From Macrostomum lignano (lineage: Eukaryota): 64,000 nucleotides of DNA. Positions 60,605-64,000 of the stretch are shown in pieces. Location of the stretch: the NCBI GenBank assembly GCA_002269645.1, contig NIVC01001502.1, forward strand, positions 64,043 to 128,042, given 5' to 3'. Each line of letters starts with the position of its first letter. Positions within the stretch are counted from its first letter, which is position 1. The notes under the pieces are model-generated. The model searched no databases, was not told the origin of the DNA, and worked only from the letters and a program-made list of their open reading frames with translations. A program made the translations under genes and the position numbers.

Positions 60605-61610
60605 GACATGTGACACACTGCCTGTCTAACATGAGACACACTGCCTGTCTAACATGAGACACACTGCCTGTCTAACATGAGACACACTGCCTGTCTAACA
60701 TGAGACACACTGCCTGTCTAACATGAGACACACTGCCTGTCTAACATGAGACACACTGCCTGTCTAACATGAGACACACTGCCTGTCTAACATGAGACAC
60801 ACTGCCTGTCTAACATGAGACACACTGCCTGTCTAACATGTGACACACTGCCTGTCTAACATGAGACACACTGCCTGTCTAACATGAGACACACTGCCTG
60901 TCTAACATGAGACACACTGCCTGTCTAACATGAGACACACTGCCTGTCTAACATGAGACACACTGCCTGTCTAACATGAGACACACTGCCTGTCTAACAT
61001 GAGACACACTGCCTGTCTAACATGAGACACACTGCCTGTCACACACTGCCTGTCTAACATGTGACACACTGCCTGTCTAACATGTGACACACTGCCTGTC
61101 TAACATGTGACACACTGCCTGTCTAACATGAGACACACTGCCTGTCTAACATGAGACACACTGCCTGTCTAACATGAGACACACTGCCTGTCTAACATGA
61201 GACACACTGCCTGTCTAACATGAGACACACTGCCTGTCTAACATGAGACACACTGCCTGTCTAACATGAGACACACTGCCTGTCTAACATGAGACACACT
61301 GCTGTCTAACATGAGACACACTGCCTGTCTAACATGAGACACACTGCCTGTCTAACATGAGACACACTGCCTGTCTAACATGAGACACACTGCCTGTCTA
61401 ACATGTGACACACTGCCTGTCTAACATGTGACACACTGCCTGTCTAACATGAGACACACTGCCTGTCTAACATGAGACACACTGCCTGTCTAACATGAGA
61501 CACACTGCCTGTCTAACATGAGACACACTGTGTGTCTAACATGAGACACACTGCCTGTCTAACATGTGACCACTGCCTGTCTAACATGAGACACACTGCC
61601 TGTCTAGCAT
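60605..61610. repeat. 23-bp minisatellite
   Basis: ACATGAGACACACTGCCTGTCTA. Confidence 0.95.
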
Positions 61611-62161
61611 TGTGCTGATTGCAGTTACCACAAACCAAAGCGATCGAAAGGCAAAGAAAATCGTATATAGTTCATGCAAGTGCCATAATTAATATAATTC
61701 AAATAAGAATATTTCTGTTGATAAATAAGGCGGGTAAAAATCAGAAATGATTTACATTTTATGCACAGTATTCACGCGGCTTTCAAAACAGAAAATTGGC
61801 AAGATGCGTAAAGAGGCATGCGTAAGAGTTCTTAGAAACTTACCATCACAAGCAACACATAGTCCTTGATTTAATTTTTTTTAAATGAAAAAGATAGTAG
61901 TAGCGATAGCGATTAACAATGCTGATTTTCATATTACTGAATTCTTATTGTTCTTTTAATATTTAGTGATGATTCATAGTCATAGTTATAGACTGCCTTA
62001 TTAAGTGTATAATATAATAATCACTTAATTGCTAATGACTAATTGCACATTAAAACTCTGGTAAATTTCAACAAAAAACCGATATGCAGTTTTGGCATTC
62101 AAATTATTCGATTCGATTTAAACACTTTTTCAACCTGTAGAAAATAATTTGTTGAAAAGAA

Positions 62162-63404
62162 GTTGTAGCCTAGTGGGGAGGTTGTAGCCTAGTGGGGGTT
62201 GTAGCCTAGTGGGGGTTGTAGCCTAGTGGGGGATTGTAGCCTAGTGGGGGTTGTAGCCTAGTGGGGAGGTTGTAGCCTAGTGGGGAGGTTGTAGCCTAGT
62301 GGGGAGGTTGTAGCCTAGTGGGGGTTGTAGCCTAGTGGGGGTTGTAGCCTAGTGGGGGATTGTAGCCTAGTGGGTTGTAGCCTAGTGGGGAGGTTGTAGC
62401 CTAGTGGGGAGGTTGTAGCCTAGTGGGGGTTGTAGCCTAGTGGGGAGTTGTAGCCTAGTGGGGAGGTTGTAGCCTAGTGGGGGTTGTAGCCTAGTGGGGG
62501 GTTGTAGCCTAGTGGGGATTGTAGCCTAGTGGGGGTTTAGCCTAGTGGGGGATTGTAGCCTAGTGGGGAGGTTGTAGCCTAGTAGTGGGGGTTGTAGCCT
62601 AGTGGGGGTTGTAGCCTAGTGGGGATTGTAGCCTAGTGGGGTTGTAGCCTAGTGGGGAGGTTGTAGCCTAGTGGGGAGGTTGTAGCCTAGTGGGGTTGTA
62701 GCCTAGTGGGGAGGTTGTAGCCTAGTGGGAGGGTTGTAGCCTAGTGGGGGGTTTACCCTAGTGGGGGATTGTAGCCTAGTGGGGAGGTTGTAGCCTAGTG
62801 GGGATTGTAGCCTAGTGGGGGGTTGTAGCCTAGTGGGAGGTTGTAGCCTAGTGGGGGGTTGCAGCCTAGTGGGGGATTGTAGCCTAGTGGGGGGTTGTAG
62901 CCTAGTGGGGGGTTGTAGCCTAGTGGGGTTGTAGCCTAGTGGGGGTTGTAGTAGCCTAGTGGGGGTTGTAGCCTAGTGGGGAGGTTGTAGCCTAGTGGGT
63001 AGGTTGTAGCCTAGTGGGGGGTTGTAGCCTAGTGGGGAGGTTGTAGCCTAGTGGGGGGGTTGTAGCCTAGTGGGAGGTTGTAGCCTAGTGGGGGGTTGTA
63101 GCCTAGTGGGGGTTGTAGCCTAGTGGGGGTTGTAGCCTAGTGGGGTTGTATCCTAGTGGGGGGGTTGTAGCCTAGTGGGGTTGTAGCCTAGTGGGGGGGT
63201 TGTAGCCTAGTGGGGGTTGTATCCTAGTGGGGGTTGTAGCCTAGTGGGGGATTGTAGCCTAGTGGGGGGTTGTAGCCTAGTGGGGTATTGTAGCCTAGTG
63301 GGGGGTTGTAGCCTAGTGGGGGTTGTAGCCTAGTGGGGGGTTGTAGCCTAGTGGGGGTTGTATCCTAGTGGGGGGGTTGTAGCCTAGTGGGGTTGTAGCC
63401 TAGT
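62162..63404 (+). repeat. 18-20-bp minisatellite of a tRNA/SINE A-box motif (roughly 65 units)
   Basis: GGTTGTAGCCTAGTGGGG(G), running directly into the SINE head. Confidence 0.93.
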
Positions 63405-63745
63405 GGGGGTTGTGGTCTAGTGGTTAGAGCATCGGGCTCATGACTGAAAGGTCAGGGGTTCGATTCCCGATCCAACTGGAATAATTTGTGCCCTTGAGCA
63501 AGACACATATCTGCATTGCTTCAGTTCACCCAGCTGTAAAATGGGTGCCAGCATTAGCTGGGGTAATTGAGGGTGTGTGTGCGACCCCCTCCAGTCTTTG
63601 GACTGAACAGCCATACGCAGCCTTCAGATGCAACGCGCAATAGCTGCGGCTGAGCTGTCGTTGCACATTTGACCATAGGGCAGGTGTAATCAAGTATTAC
63701 TATGATATTATTGTTGATATTATTATGATATTATGATATGATAAC
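63405..63745 (+). mobile_element. tRNA-derived SINE with a CORE-like central domain
   Basis: A box TGGTCTAGTGG, B box GGTTCGATTCC (63457-63467), CTCATGA Met-like loop, central CCTTGAGCAAGACAC...CCCAGCTGTAAAATGGG resembling the CORE-SINE domain, AT-rich short-repeat tail. Confidence 0.78.
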
Positions 63746-64000
63746 AGAAATAAAAGTGCTATGGCGATAGATCTATGCATCTATGCATCATTTGGGACGA
63801 TGAGTTATTCCATGTATATTAATATATTAAGAGAACAAGTGTACGCATAGGTCGCTCGAACAGTCTGTGGAATTCTGCTAGGGAAGTATTTTTCTTACTA
63901 AAAGCAGCGGAGAACTCGCTTTGCAAGCTCGAAAGAGTTGCACTATAAAAAATTAAAGCTACAGGTGTTCTCTAAACGAACAAGTGGCTTGGTGTAGAAC

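Noticed and set aside
63405-63477. Functional tRNA-Met gene
   Set aside because: A and B boxes and a CAT loop are present, but the acceptor, anticodon and T stems pair poorly, there is no poly-T terminator, and the sequence continues into a SINE body and tail.

Overview
Eukaryotic (animal) genomic DNA with GT-AG spliced, GC-rich exons separated by introns and intergenic gaps that are almost all filled by short tandem arrays. On the + strand: a two-exon SIAH E3 ligase (2303-5265), a three-exon RPS3 (8242-16495), a single 3.9-kb exon encoding an FG-repeat nucleoporin (17724-21650) with no recognisable upstream exon, and PSMA5, whose upstream region plus exons 1-2 are tandemly triplicated in front of a single exon 3 (complete copy 29727-32117). 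On the - strand, convergent with PSMA5, is the 3' half of an MPDZ/MUPP1-type multi-PDZ gene (14 exons traced, 59595 to 34522, six PDZ domains); its 5' half lies beyond the window. Most ORFs in the supplied track are minisatellite artefacts. The style (poly-Ala/Gln GC-rich exons, satellite-filled introns) suggests a free-living flatworm such as Macrostomum; this is inference only. Main leads: (1) the 1.4-kb tandem unit in RPS3 intron 1 is a circular permutation of a segment of the neighbouring SIAH intron bounded by a 42-bp direct repeat, suggesting circle-mediated transfer between introns; (2) the nucleoporin ORF opens in frame directly at a 3' splice site 1.2 kb after RPS3, as expected if a flatworm spliced leader ending in AUG supplies the start codon; (3) the partial PSMA5 triplication with a phase 0-0 exon; (4) satellites amplified in place from functional motifs (a SINE A-box and a splice donor); (5) a MITE with TIRs and an 8-bp TSD inside a minisatellite. 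Long tandem duplications need long-read confirmation because assembly artefacts cannot be excluded from sequence alone.
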